Assembly (NCBI GenBank): GCA_963748625.1
Contig: CAVVJT010000003.1
Location: 1 to 64,000, forward strand
Length of the DNA: 64,000 nucleotides
Reading direction: 5' to 3'
From: an uncultured Chloroflexia bacterium
Lineage (GTDB): Bacteria > Chloroflexota > Limnocylindria > Limnocylindrales > CSP1-4
Positions within the stretch are counted from its first letter, which is position 1. Each line of letters begins with the position of its first letter. A program made the position numbers and the translations under genes. The notes under the pieces were generated by a model. That model saw nothing but the letters and a program-made list of their open reading frames with translations. It was not told the DNA's origin and made no database searches. Below, piece by piece: positions 50,305 to 59,951 of this stretch.

Positions 50305-51068
50305 GCGCGATCACGGCGCGCCTGCGCGCCATCCCCACCTGGCAGGTCACCCTGACGCTGGCCCTCCTGGTCCTCGGGTTCCTGATCGCCGCCCAGCTGG
50401 CGTCGGAAGGCCCGCGCATCCGGTACACGAGCCAGGAGCGCACCCCGCTGGTGGACACGGCGCTCGACCTGCAGCGACAGCAGGACGCGCTCAAGGCCGA
50501 GATCCTCACCCTGCGCTCCGAGGTGCAGGATCTCGAAGCGACCGGGCAGGGCGGTGCCGCGGTGACCAAGGAGCTCAACGATGAGCTCGAACGGGCGCGG
50601 ATCGCGGCAGGCCTCGTGGCGCTCCAGGGCCCAGGGCTCGTCATCCAGCTGACCGACTCAGCTGCGGCGATCCCGCCCGATGTGAACGCTCGCGACTACC
50701 TCGTCTCCGGTGACGACGTGCGCACCCTCGTGGAGGAGCTGTGGCTCGCCGGCGCGGAGGGGATCGCGGTGAACGGCGAACGGGTGGCAGTCGGCACAGC
50801 GATCGTGGACATCGGCGGATCAGTTCTGGTCAACTCGGCGTACCTGGCGCCTCCGTACCAGGTGTCCGCCATCGGGCCGGAGGATGTCTTCGACCGGCTC
50901 ACCCGCTCGACCACCTTCGTGGACTTTGTCCGCGCTCGCGCCGAGACCTTCGGTATCGACATCAGCTACGCCGTCTCGGACGCGGTCGACCTCCCCGCGT
51001 ACGCAGGTTCGATCAACCTGCGCTACGGGCGGCCAAGGGCGAGCGCGGCACCCGGAGGCCTGCCCTGA
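50301..51068 (+). CDS. DUF881 protein
   Basis: TM and coiled coil, AGL..LQGPG, ELWLAGAEGIAVNGER, PPYQVSAIG. Confidence 0.85.
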   Translation: MSAITARLRAIPTWQVTLTLALLVLGFLIAAQLASEGPRIRYTSQERTPLVDTALDLQRQQDALKAEILTLRSEVQDLEATGQGGAAVTKELNDELERARIAAGLVALQGPGLVIQLTDSAAAIPPDVNARDYLVSGDDVRTLVEELWLAGAEGIAVNGERVAVGTAIVDIGGSVLVNSAYLAPPYQVSAIGPEDVFDRLTRSTTFVDFVRARAETFGIDISYAVSDAVDLPAYAGSINLRYGRPRASAAPGGLP

Positions 51069-51739
51069 TGCGCGCCACCGGCCGCGTGGCCCTGACCACC
51101 GTCCTGCTGCTCCTAGGGTTCCTTGTCGTCGTGCAGCTGAACTCCCAGTCTGCGAACAACACGCTCAACAACCTCACGGTCCAGGAGCTGGGGGAGCTGG
51201 TCGGGAACCTCACGACCCGCAACGACCAGCTGCGCCAGGAGGTGGCCACCCTCCAGCGCCAGCGCGACGGCGTGGCCGGCGCCGTCGAGCGGGGCGACAC
51301 CTCCGCCGCGCAGATCCGCTCGGACCTCGGGCGCGTGCTCGCCTGGTCAGGCGCGCTCGGGGTGAGCGGCTCCGGGGTCCGTGTCACCGTGACCGGCGAT
51401 CTGCCCGGCCCGGCCGTGGAGGAGCTGCTCAACGAGCTGCGCAATGCCGGCGCAGAGGCAATCTCGCTGGGGGCGATCAGGGTGGTGCCGGGCGTGGTGG
51501 TGTCCGGTCCGGCCGGGAGCCTCATGGCGACCGGGATCCCGCTCTCGGGCCCGCTGGAGATCCTCGCGGTCGGGCAGTCCGACACGCTCGCGGGCTCACT
51601 CACCCGGTCGGGCGGTCCCATCGCGCAGCTCGGGGCCCGCTACCCCGACGTCCTGATCAACGTCTCCGCGGCGGACCTCGTCGAGGTGCCGCCGACGGAT
51701 CGCGACCTCGCGCCCGTCCTGGGCCGGCCGCGTCTCTGA
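51068..51739 (+). CDS. DUF881 protein
   Basis: VSGSGV, LNELRNAGAEAIS, ILAVG. Confidence 0.82.
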   Translation: MRATGRVALTTVLLLLGFLVVVQLNSQSANNTLNNLTVQELGELVGNLTTRNDQLRQEVATLQRQRDGVAGAVERGDTSAAQIRSDLGRVLAWSGALGVSGSGVRVTVTGDLPGPAVEELLNELRNAGAEAISLGAIRVVPGVVVSGPAGSLMATGIPLSGPLEILAVGQSDTLAGSLTRSGGPIAQLGARYPDVLINVSAADLVEVPPTDRDLAPVLGRPRL

Positions 51740-51781
51740 CACTGCCCGCCGGACTCCCGCGTGCCTGCTACCCTCGCCGCG

Positions 51782-52021
51782 ATGTCCGGTACCCGCGTGC
51801 TCGAGCTCTTCCTGGGCGATGTCGTCCGGCTGCGCCGCCGTCACCCCTGCGGTGGCGAGACCTGGCTGGTGGACCGCCTGGGGGCGGACATCGGGCTGCG
51901 CTGCGAGACCTGCGGGCGCCATGTCCTGGTTGACCGGCCCGCGCTGGAGCGCCGCATCGCGGGCTTCATCACCCGAGGCGATCCCGACGTGAGCAGCGCC
52001 GTCCGCCCGGTGCGCCCGTGA
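51782..52021 (+). CDS. DUF951 protein
   Basis: GDVVRLRRRHPCG...W...RLGADIGLRC..C. Confidence 0.88.
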   Translation: MSGTRVLELFLGDVVRLRRRHPCGGETWLVDRLGADIGLRCETCGRHVLVDRPALERRIAGFITRGDPDVSSAVRPVRP

Positions 52022-53640
52022 GCTCCCAGCCCCTGGACCTCGCAATCGATCCTGTCGCCCCGACAGGAAGCGAGCCAGGACCCGGGGCGGAGCCCGGTGC
52101 GCTCGATGTCTTCCGCAACCGCCCCTTCCTGCTGCTCTGGCTCAGCCAGGTGTTCACGCAGGTGGGCGCCAACATGGTCCTCTTCGGCCTGACGGTCATC
52201 GTCACGCAGTCCACGGGCTCCGCGACCGCGAACAGCCTCCTGATCCTCTCCTTCCTGACTCCAGCCGTTGTCTTCTCCGCCGTCGCGGGGGTGTATGTCG
52301 ACCGCCTGGACAAGCGGGTCGTCCTGATCGGGTCGAACCTCATCCGTGCCCTGCTGTCGGTTGCCCTGTACCTGCTCCTCGGCAACTTCCTCCTCCTCCT
52401 CGTCGTCAACGTCCTCATCTCCACCGCAACGGTGTTCTTCGCGCCTGCCGAGGCGGCCATGATCCCCCAGGTCGTGCCGCGCAAGCAGCTGACCGCCGCC
52501 AACGGCGTCTTCACGCTCACGTTGAACGCCGCGTTCGCCATCGGGTTCGCGCTCCTCGGGCCCCTCGTGGCGAAGGTCCTCGGCCCCGAAGCACTGATCC
52601 TCGTGGTCGGGGCGTTCTACCTCGTCGCAGCGGGCTTCTGCTTCACGCTTCCCGCTTCACCGCCCGGGCTCGTCATCGGCACTGAGGCGGGTGAGACCAC
52701 CCAGGAGGAGGCCGAGGAGGCGGCACAGTCGACGCTTGCCCAGCTCCGCGAGGGAATCGCCTTCATCAGGGCCAATCCCCGGATCTCGTGGTCCCTCCTC
52801 TACCTGGGCATCGCGGCCTCCCTTGTCGGGGTCCTCGGCGTCCTTGGCCCCAAGTTCGCGACGCAGACGCTCGGGCTGGGAACGGGCGATTTCGTCGTCG
52901 TGGTCCTGCCGCTCGCCACCGGGATCGTGATGGGGATCCTCATCCTCAACAACTACGGCCACCTCATGCCGCGGCGGCGGATCATCGAGCTCGGCCTCGT
53001 CGGGCTCGGCGTGACGCTGTTCCTGATCGCGGCAGCCGGCCGGATCTCAGCCTTGCTGCAGAGTGCCGAAACGGTGGCCGGGCTGGGCTCGTGGGGCGGG
53101 GTTACCTCCCTGCTGGCGATCGTGATCTTCGTGGCGTTGCTCGCGGGCATCGCCTACGCCTTCGTCGCGATCCCGGCGCAGACGCAGCTGCAGGAGGACA
53201 TCCCCGAGGACGTCCGGGGACGAGTCTTCGGCGTCCTCAACATGCTGGTGTCCACGGCGAGCTTCCTGCCGATCATCATCGTCGGGCCCATCGTGGACAT
53301 CGCGGGAACCACCATCGTGATCTACGTCGTCGCCATCCTGATCGGACTGTCAGGCGTCGTGTCGATCATCCGGCGTGGACCGCTCAAGCCCCAGGAGGCG
53401 CGTGCGCGCGCAACCGGCCCGACAGAGCCGGCGGGCCTGGACCCGGTCGCCGTCGCCACTGCCTCCGAGATGGCCTCGCACGACCGACGGGCGGACCTGC
53501 GGGCCGGGCGACGCGCCGCGGACGCGGCTGCTGCGGCGGCTCCGGCGGCTCCGTCGGATGACGCTGCGACTGGGGTCCCCGCGACCGCCACCCCGGAGAC
53601 CGTCGAGGGCGTGCGCGGCTACTCGTCCGAGGACGAGTAG
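52018..53640 (+). CDS. MFS transporter
   Basis: FLLLWLSQ, AGVYVDRLDKR, FFAPAE, RGRVFG; about 12 TM segments. Confidence 0.9.
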   Translation: MSSQPLDLAIDPVAPTGSEPGPGAEPGALDVFRNRPFLLLWLSQVFTQVGANMVLFGLTVIVTQSTGSATANSLLILSFLTPAVVFSAVAGVYVDRLDKRVVLIGSNLIRALLSVALYLLLGNFLLLLVVNVLISTATVFFAPAEAAMIPQVVPRKQLTAANGVFTLTLNAAFAIGFALLGPLVAKVLGPEALILVVGAFYLVAAGFCFTLPASPPGLVIGTEAGETTQEEAEEAAQSTLAQLREGIAFIRANPRISWSLLYLGIAASLVGVLGVLGPKFATQTLGLGTGDFVVVVLPLATGIVMGILILNNYGHLMPRRRIIELGLVGLGVTLFLIAAAGRISALLQSAETVAGLGSWGGVTSLLAIVIFVALLAGIAYAFVAIPAQTQLQEDIPEDVRGRVFGVLNMLVSTASFLPIIIVGPIVDIAGTTIVIYVVAILIGLSGVVSIIRRGPLKPQEARARATGPTEPAGLDPVAVATASEMASHDRRADLRAGRRAADAAAAAAPAAPSDDAATGVPATATPETVEGVRGYSSEDE

Positions 53641-53643
53641 CGG

Positions 53644-55293
53644 ATGGGCGCCGACCTCCTGGTCACCGGCCGGATCGCCACCCTCGCGGGCGACGGGGGT
53701 CCCGGCTGGGTGGAGGCCGTAGCAGTCGCCGGCGGTCGCGTCGTCGCCGTGGGCAGCCTGGCCGACGTCGAGGGCATCGTCGATGCCCGCACCCGTCGCC
53801 TGACCCTTGCGCCCGACGAGGTCGCCATCCCAGGGCTGACCGACGCCCACCTGCACCTGGCCGAGGCGGCGCTGGCGAAGGCGCGGGTGCACCTTGAGGA
53901 CACTTTCGCCCCGGGAGACCTCGTCGCAAGGGTGCGCGAGGCCGCCGAGCAGGTCACCGACGGCGACGCGTGGATCCAGGGCGCCGGCTGGGATTCCGAC
54001 CGGATGGGGCGCTGGCCGACGGCGGAGGACCTGGAGCTCGCCGCGCCGGGCCGGCTCGTCGGCCTGTGGGCGCACGACCACCACGCGTACCTCGTGAGCC
54101 GGCGGGCCCTCCATGCGGCCGGGATCGGGCAGGGGACACCGGATCCCGATGGCGGTGTCATCCGGCGCGACGACCGTGGTGTGCCGACCGGGGTGCTGCA
54201 CGAGAGCGCTGCCCGCCTCGTCAGCTCGCTCGTGCCCATGCCATCAACATCCGATGTGGAGAAGGCGCTCGTCCCTCTCATCACGGAGCTGGTGGCGATG
54301 GGCGTGGTTGCTGCGCACGATCCCGGCGGGCTCAGCGAGCGGACCGGCCTCGAGGGGCCGATCGCCGCCTACCGTTCCCTCGCAGCCTCGGGGCGACTCG
54401 GGATGCGCCTGCACCCCTGCGTCCGGCCTGAGCAGCTCGAAGCGGCCGGAGCCGAGGGCCTGCGCAGTGGCGCGCCGCTCGGAGCCGACCCGTTGGGGCG
54501 CCTGCACCTGGGCTGGCTGAAGACCTTCGCCGACGGGTCGCTCGGCTCGCGGACGGCAGCGCTTCTCGAACCCCTGGTGCGGCATGCGGGCGAGCCCGAA
54601 CCACCCAACGACGGGTACGGCGTCTGGTTCGTCCCGCCGGAGGAGCTGGCCTCCCAGGCCGAACGGGCCGCCGCCCTCGGCATCACGACGCAGATCCACG
54701 GGATCGGGGACGCGGCGGTCCGGGTGGCTCTCGACGTTCTCGCGCCGACGGTCGGCCGCACGGCCCTCATGCCCCGTGTCGAGCACACGCAGCTCGTGGC
54801 AGCCGAGGACGTTCCCCGGTTCGCCGCGCTGGGCATCGCCGCCTCAATGCAGCCCGTCCACATCCGCTCCGATGCCGAGAAGGCGCGGGCGCTCTGGGGC
54901 CGCCGCGCGGACGAGTTCGCCTATGCCATTGGCCGACTGGACGCGGCAGGCGCCGTGATCGCGTTCGGTACGGATGCTCCCGTGGAGCCCGTGGACCCGT
55001 GGCCCGGGATGGCGTGCGCGGTCACGCGTGCAGCGCCGTCGTGGGCCGCCGGGATGGCGCCACTTGGGGCGGCCAACGCTGTGGGCCTCTGGCGCGCGCT
55101 GCGGGCCGCCTGCGTGGATCCGGCCCGCACGGCCGGCGAGACCGATCGCGGCCGACTCGTCGTCGGCCAGCGGGCGGACATCGTCGTCCTGCCGGCGGCC
55201 GCCGTGGCGGAGCCGGTGGAGGTCGGCGGGGCGCTCTGGAATGCACGACCCCGGCGGGTCCTGCTCGACGGCGAGGTCGCGTTCGAGCGGTAG
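53644..55293 (+). CDS. Amidohydrolase family 3 (YtcJ-like)
   Basis: PGLTDAHLH, KTFADGSLGSRTA, HGIGD, RVEH, FGTDAP. Confidence 0.9.
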   Translation: MGADLLVTGRIATLAGDGGPGWVEAVAVAGGRVVAVGSLADVEGIVDARTRRLTLAPDEVAIPGLTDAHLHLAEAALAKARVHLEDTFAPGDLVARVREAAEQVTDGDAWIQGAGWDSDRMGRWPTAEDLELAAPGRLVGLWAHDHHAYLVSRRALHAAGIGQGTPDPDGGVIRRDDRGVPTGVLHESAARLVSSLVPMPSTSDVEKALVPLITELVAMGVVAAHDPGGLSERTGLEGPIAAYRSLAASGRLGMRLHPCVRPEQLEAAGAEGLRSGAPLGADPLGRLHLGWLKTFADGSLGSRTAALLEPLVRHAGEPEPPNDGYGVWFVPPEELASQAERAAALGITTQIHGIGDAAVRVALDVLAPTVGRTALMPRVEHTQLVAAEDVPRFAALGIAASMQPVHIRSDAEKARALWGRRADEFAYAIGRLDAAGAVIAFGTDAPVEPVDPWPGMACAVTRAAPSWAAGMAPLGAANAVGLWRALRAACVDPARTAGETDRGRLVVGQRADIVVLPAAAVAEPVEVGGALWNARPRRVLLDGEVAFER

Positions 55294-55329
55294 CGACGGG
55301 CGGGGCGCTTGGGCGCCCTGGTGCGTGGG

Positions 55330-56136
55330 TCAGGCGCCGCGCTGGCGCCGCGCCTCGTACAGCAGCACCGCCGCCGCGATCGATACGTTGAGGCTGTCCG
55401 CGATTCCCAGCATCGGCAGGTGGATCGCCGTGACGCCGTCTCCGGTCCAGGCGTCCGTGAGGCCGTCCGCCTCGCTACCAAGGACCAGTGCGACCGGGCC
55501 AGTCAGATCGACGTCCGTGTAGGGTACCGATCCGTCCACGCGCGCCGCCAGGATCCGAATGCCGTCCTGATCGAGGCGTGTCCGCACCTGGGCACTGCTG
55601 CCCGACGCCACCGGCACCGTGAAGATGGTTCCGAGCGAGGCCCGGATGGCGTTCGGGTTGTACAGGTCGGTACGGGGGTCGGCGGCGATCACGGCATCCG
55701 CGCCTGCGCCGTCGGCCGACCGCAGGACGGCGCCAAGGTTCCCGGGCTTCTCGACGGACTCGAGCACCACGACGAGCGGGTCCGCCGGCAGCGTCAGCCG
55801 CTCGATGGCGGTGTCCGGGATCGCGATGATTGCGACCAGGCCATCCGAACGCTCGCCATACGCGAGACGGTCCAGGACCGGGCCGCTGACGAGGACGACG
55901 CGGGCGCCAGCTGTGCGCGCGCGATCGACGACCACGGGCGCGTCGCCACGAAGCCGCTCCTCGTCCACGAAGAGCTCGATGATGCGCGCGCCGCCGGCCA
56001 GCGCCCGGCCGACCTCCCGGGTGCCGTCCACGAGGGTCGCGTGCACCTGCTCGCGCCCGCGCCGGTCGCGCAGCTCGATGGCCGCCCTGATGCGGGGGTT
56101 CTTCGCGCTGGTGATCAGCGGCTCGTGGACGGTCAC
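55330..56136 (-). CDS. TrmH/SpoU RNA methyltransferase
   Basis: ITSAKNP, EKPGNLGAVLRS, LGSEADGL, DSLNVS. Confidence 0.92.
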   Translation of the reverse strand: MTVHEPLITSAKNPRIRAAIELRDRRGREQVHATLVDGTREVGRALAGGARIIELFVDEERLRGDAPVVVDRARTAGARVVLVSGPVLDRLAYGERSDGLVAIIAIPDTAIERLTLPADPLVVVLESVEKPGNLGAVLRSADGAGADAVIAADPRTDLYNPNAIRASLGTIFTVPVASGSSAQVRTRLDQDGIRILAARVDGSVPYTDVDLTGPVALVLGSEADGLTDAWTGDGVTAIHLPMLGIADSLNVSIAAAVLLYEARRQRGA

Positions 56137-56999
56137 CGGCGGGATCCCGACCCCTCGTACGGCTTGCGCCGGACCCTGGACGGCGGGTTGGGTCCGTGGG
56201 CCCATGCGCCCAGCGGCAGCAGCGCGCCCGAGCGGGCACGCAGCATCATCGCCTCGCCGTCCGCCGCCACGGAGAGGTGACTGCGGACCAGGGCAGCCAG
56301 CCGCTCGCCGTCATAGCCGGGCGTGTGGGCCGACAGCACCGCGAAGGCGGGCTTGGGACCCAGGAGCGCGGCGATATCCTCCAGGAGTGGCTCCAGATCG
56401 GTGTCGATCTGCCACGCGCCCGTCCCATGGCCGTATGTGGGCGGATCGAGGATGACACCGTCGTAATGGCGGCCACGCCGGCGCTCGCGGCGGACGAACG
56501 CACGGGCGTCATCGGCGAGCCAGCGGATCGGCGCGTCGGCGAGGCCCGACAGCTCGGCGTTGCGGCGGGCCCAGGCCACCGCGGGCTTCGAGGCGTCCAC
56601 GTGCGCGACACGGGCGCCCGCGGCCGCGCAGGCGAGCGTCGCGCCGCCCGTGTACGCGAACAGCGACAGGACCTCGAGTGGGCGGCCCGCGTGGGCGGTG
56701 GAGCGGCGCACCTCGTGATCCAGCCAGCCCCAGGTCTGCGCATGCTCGGGGAACACGCCAACCTGGCCGCCGGCCGCGGGCCGGCATTCGAGCGTGAGCG
56801 GACCGGACCGGACCTGCCACGGCTCGACGGTGGCACCCCTGACCCAGGCGCTCTTCGCCCATCGGAGGTCGGCCTTGGCCCATGCGGCCGGATCGCGGAC
56901 GGGCTCGGTTGCCGGCGGTGCAGACCGGTCGACGACGCACCACCCGAAACGCTCCAGGCGGCGGCCATCGCCGCAGTCGATCAGCTCAAGGTCGGACAT
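56133..56999 (-). CDS. Class I SAM-dependent methyltransferase (RlmI/RlmK-like)
   Basis: ELIDCGDGRRLERFG, GVFPEH, LFAYTGG, HVDAS, ILDPPTYG. Confidence 0.85.
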   Translation of the reverse strand: MSDLELIDCGDGRRLERFGWCVVDRSAPPATEPVRDPAAWAKADLRWAKSAWVRGATVEPWQVRSGPLTLECRPAAGGQVGVFPEHAQTWGWLDHEVRRSTAHAGRPLEVLSLFAYTGGATLACAAAGARVAHVDASKPAVAWARRNAELSGLADAPIRWLADDARAFVRRERRRGRHYDGVILDPPTYGHGTGAWQIDTDLEPLLEDIAALLGPKPAFAVLSAHTPGYDGERLAALVRSHLSVAADGEAMMLRARSGALLPLGAWAHGPNPPSRVRRKPYEGSGSRR

Positions 57000-57063
57000 G
57001 GCCGCCATGGTCGCACGGATGCGCCGGCCGGACTGGCCGCGGCGACGAGGTCAAAGTCCCCGG

Positions 57064-57098
57064 GAAACGAGAAGCCCCGGCCGTCACGGTCGGGGCTT
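57064..57098 (-). terminator. Intrinsic terminator of tRNA-Val
   Basis: AAGCCCCGACCG-TGA-CGGCCGGGGCTT followed by CTCGTTT on the - strand. Confidence 0.75.
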
Positions 57099-57116
57099 GC
57101 GGGTTCTGTGCGAGGG

Positions 57117-57193
57117 TGGTGGGTCGTACTGGACTCGAACCAGTGACCTCCACGATGTCAACGTGGCGCTCTAACCAACTGAGCTAACGACCC
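57117..57193 (-). tRNA. tRNA-Val(GAC)
   Basis: GGGTCGTTAGCTCAGTTGGTTAGAGCGCCACGTTGACATCGTGGAGGTCACTGGTTCGAGTCCAGTACGACCCACCA; TACACT -10 upstream. Confidence 0.97.
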
Positions 57194-57240
57194 GCGGACG
57201 GGGAGTGTAGCGCATCCCCGGGGCGGCGGCCGGGGCTCTG

Positions 57241-57404
57241 GCGGCATCGGCCGGGGCTCCCGGCCAGCGGGCACTGTGTGCGGCATCGGCCGGGGCTCCC
57301 GGCCAGCGGGCACTGTGTGCGGCATCGGCGCCGGGGCACTGTGGCGGCATCGGCCGGGCTCCCGGCCAGCGGGCACTGTGTGCGGTATCCCGCACAGATC
57401 GCCC
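57241..57404. repeat. 39-bp tandem repeat (about 3.5 copies) ending in a hairpin
   Basis: GCGGCATCGGCCGGGGCTCCCGGCCAGCGGGCACTGTGT at 57241, 57280 and about 57344, plus one internally deleted copy. Confidence 0.85.
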
Positions 57405-57648
57405 GCCTGGCGGTTGGCAGAGGCGTCCACGGGTGCGTTGACGTCGGTTCAGCCCGCGTGGCGGGAGGACTGCGCAGAACCCTGCACACAAGGCCCGCTG
57501 CGCGGTAGGACTGGCGGTGCCAGGCGCCGGTGCACCGGGCCAGACGCGCTCCGCTCCATCGGCGACCGCCTCGTCGTCTGCGGGCGCTGCGGTACACTCG
57601 CGCCCAATCGAGCCGGTCCGGCCCGCGGCCCCCGGCCCACACCACGAA

Positions 57649-57899
57649 CGCGTCGAGCGGGACACGCCCGCCGGGATGTCGCCCAGAGAGCCGGGACCCA
57701 GGCTGCAAGCCCCGGCCGACACGACCGGACCAGGCACCACCCGTGAGCGGCCGGCGAACCGGTCCGGGATCCGCCCGTTAGCGCGGCACGAGCGCACGGC
57801 GCATGCTCCAGGTCCAGCCTGGACAGCGAGCCGTGAAGGCGGGTGGAACCGCGGGAGGCCAGACCTCTCGTCCTGTCGGACGGGAGGTCTTCATGTTTT
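57649..57899 (+). ncRNA. T-box riboswitch (Thr, probable ACC specifier at 57736) with terminator
   Basis: AGAGAG loop, GA/GA motif, GGGTGGAACCGCG T-box at about 57841, hairpin AGACCTCTCGTCC/GGACGGGAGGTCT followed by a U-rich tract. Confidence 0.9.
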
Positions 57900-57914
57900 C
57901 CGGGAGCACGAACC

Positions 57915-59810
57915 ATGGCTGACGACAAGGCACAGGCGGCACAGGCTGGACAGGCTGGGCAGGCGGCAGCGACGGCTGCCGACAGCAGCGGTGACGGCGA
58001 GGAGCTCGCGTTCGACGCCCCCGTGCGCGGGTCCGCCGACGAGATGCTCGACGCGGGCGGCCATGCCCCTATCGATGCGATGCGCCATTCCACCGCGCAC
58101 GTGATGGCCGAGGCCGTCCTCGCGCTGTTCCCCGACGCACGCCTGGGCATCGGGCCGGCGATCGACAACGGCTTCTACTACGACTTCGACCTGCCGCGTG
58201 CCCTCACGCCCGAGGACCTGGCCGCCATCGAGGCGAAGATGGCCGAGTCCGTCGCCGCCGACCACGCCTTCGTCCGCCGCGAGGTCCCCTTCGCCGAGGG
58301 CCGCGCCGAGGAGGAGCGCCGCGGCCAGGGGTTCAAGGTCGAGATCCTCGACGACCTCGCACGCAAGGCCGAGGAGACGGCGACGCCCATGCCGCCGGTC
58401 ACCTTCTACGACCACGGTCCCTTCAGCGACCTGTGCAAGGGCCCCCACGTCGAGTCCACGAGCCACATCGGTCCGTTCAAGCTCCTCGCGGTCGCCGGCG
58501 CCTACTGGCGCGGCGATGACAAGCGTCCGATGCTGCAGCGCGTCTACGGCACGGTCTGGGCGACACAGGAGGAGCTTGACCAGTACCTGTGGCGCCGCGA
58601 GGAGGCCAAGAAGCGCGACCACCGCAAGCTGGGCCGCGAGCTCGACCTGTTCAGCTTCCATGACGTCAGCCCGGGCGCGGCCTTCTGGCATCCGAAGGGC
58701 CAGCGCCTCTGGCGCACGCTCGAGTCGGCCGTGCGCGAGGTCCAGGACCGCCGGGAGTACACGGAGGTCTCCACGCCCATGGTGGTGAGCCAGCGCCTCT
58801 GGGAGGCGTCGGGCCACTGGGCGCTGTACAAGGAGAACATGTTCCTGATCGAGAGCGAGGGGCAGACGTTCTCGCTCAAGCCGATGAACTGCCCTGAGTC
58901 CACGATCATCTACAAGACCCACCTGCGCTCGTACCGCGATCTTCCGCTGCGCTTCAGTGAGTTCGGGCGGCTGCACCGCAACGAGCGCTCGGGCACGCTG
59001 TCGGGCCTCACCCGCGTCCGCCAGTTCATCCAGGACGACGGCCACATCTACGTCCGCCCGGACCAGCTGGGCGACGAGATCGAGGCCTTGATGGGCGAGG
59101 TCGACGAGATCTACGGCTGGTTCGGCCTCAAGCCGCAGATCAAGTTCGGGACGAAGCCCGCGAAGGCGTTGGGCGACCCGGCCCTCTGGGACCAGGCCGA
59201 GCAGCTCATCCGCGAGGCCCTCGATCGCTCGGGCGTCCAGTGGACGCTCAAGCCCGGCGACGGCGCCTTCTACGCGCCCAAGATCGACGTCCACATCGAG
59301 GACGCCCTCGGCCGCAGCTGGCAGACCGCGACCATCCAGGTGGACCTGACGATGCTCCCTGAGCAGTTCGACCTCACCTACATCGACGAGGACGGCCAGC
59401 CGAAGCGCCCGATGGCGATCCATCGCGCGATCTACGGCAGCCTCGAGCGCTTCATCGGCATCATCGTCGAGCACTTCGCGGGTGCCTTCCCGCTCTGGCT
59501 GGCGCCCGTCCAGGCTGTCGTCATCCCGATCGCGGACCGCCACATCGGCCCAGCCAAGGAGCTCGCTGCCGAGCTGCGGGCCGGCGGCCTGCGGTTCGTG
59601 GAGGTCGACGGGTCCGACAACCGGATGCAGAACAAGATCCGCCTGGCACAGGGCCAGAAGGTCCCGTACATGCTCATCCTGGGCGACCGCGAGGTCGAAT
59701 CCCGGACCGCGGCCGTGCGCAAGCGCGACGGCTCACAGGAGCAGGGCGTGACCTGGCATGACCTTGCGTGGCACCTTGGCGAGGAGGCCCGCGAGCGCCG
59801 CCTGGGGTAG
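57915..59810 (+). CDS. thrS: Threonyl-tRNA synthetase (lacks the N-terminal TGS domain)
   Basis: RHSTAHVMA, DLCKGPH, RDHRKLG, KPMNCP, AFYAPKID, HRAIYGSLERF. Confidence 0.97.
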   Translation: MADDKAQAAQAGQAGQAAATAADSSGDGEELAFDAPVRGSADEMLDAGGHAPIDAMRHSTAHVMAEAVLALFPDARLGIGPAIDNGFYYDFDLPRALTPEDLAAIEAKMAESVAADHAFVRREVPFAEGRAEEERRGQGFKVEILDDLARKAEETATPMPPVTFYDHGPFSDLCKGPHVESTSHIGPFKLLAVAGAYWRGDDKRPMLQRVYGTVWATQEELDQYLWRREEAKKRDHRKLGRELDLFSFHDVSPGAAFWHPKGQRLWRTLESAVREVQDRREYTEVSTPMVVSQRLWEASGHWALYKENMFLIESEGQTFSLKPMNCPESTIIYKTHLRSYRDLPLRFSEFGRLHRNERSGTLSGLTRVRQFIQDDGHIYVRPDQLGDEIEALMGEVDEIYGWFGLKPQIKFGTKPAKALGDPALWDQAEQLIREALDRSGVQWTLKPGDGAFYAPKIDVHIEDALGRSWQTATIQVDLTMLPEQFDLTYIDEDGQPKRPMAIHRAIYGSLERFIGIIVEHFAGAFPLWLAPVQAVVIPIADRHIGPAKELAAELRAGGLRFVEVDGSDNRMQNKIRLAQGQKVPYMLILGDREVESRTAAVRKRDGSQEQGVTWHDLAWHLGEEARERRLG

Positions 59811-59951
59811 GGGATCGACACCCTGACGACACGCCCGGCCCGGTGGCGGTCCGTCGAACCCCTGTGCTATCCTCCCGCGGCGACCGAAGGGGCCGTTTGC
59901 CCTTGCGCGCGCAACAGCATTACCTACGCCACAGCACGAAGGGAACTCGCC

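Noticed and set aside
57117-57193. tRNA as an island integration site
   Set aside because: No integrase and no duplicated tRNA 3' end seen in the window
57241-57404. Possible CRISPR array
   Set aside because: Repeats are contiguous with no unique spacers, and no cas genes are present
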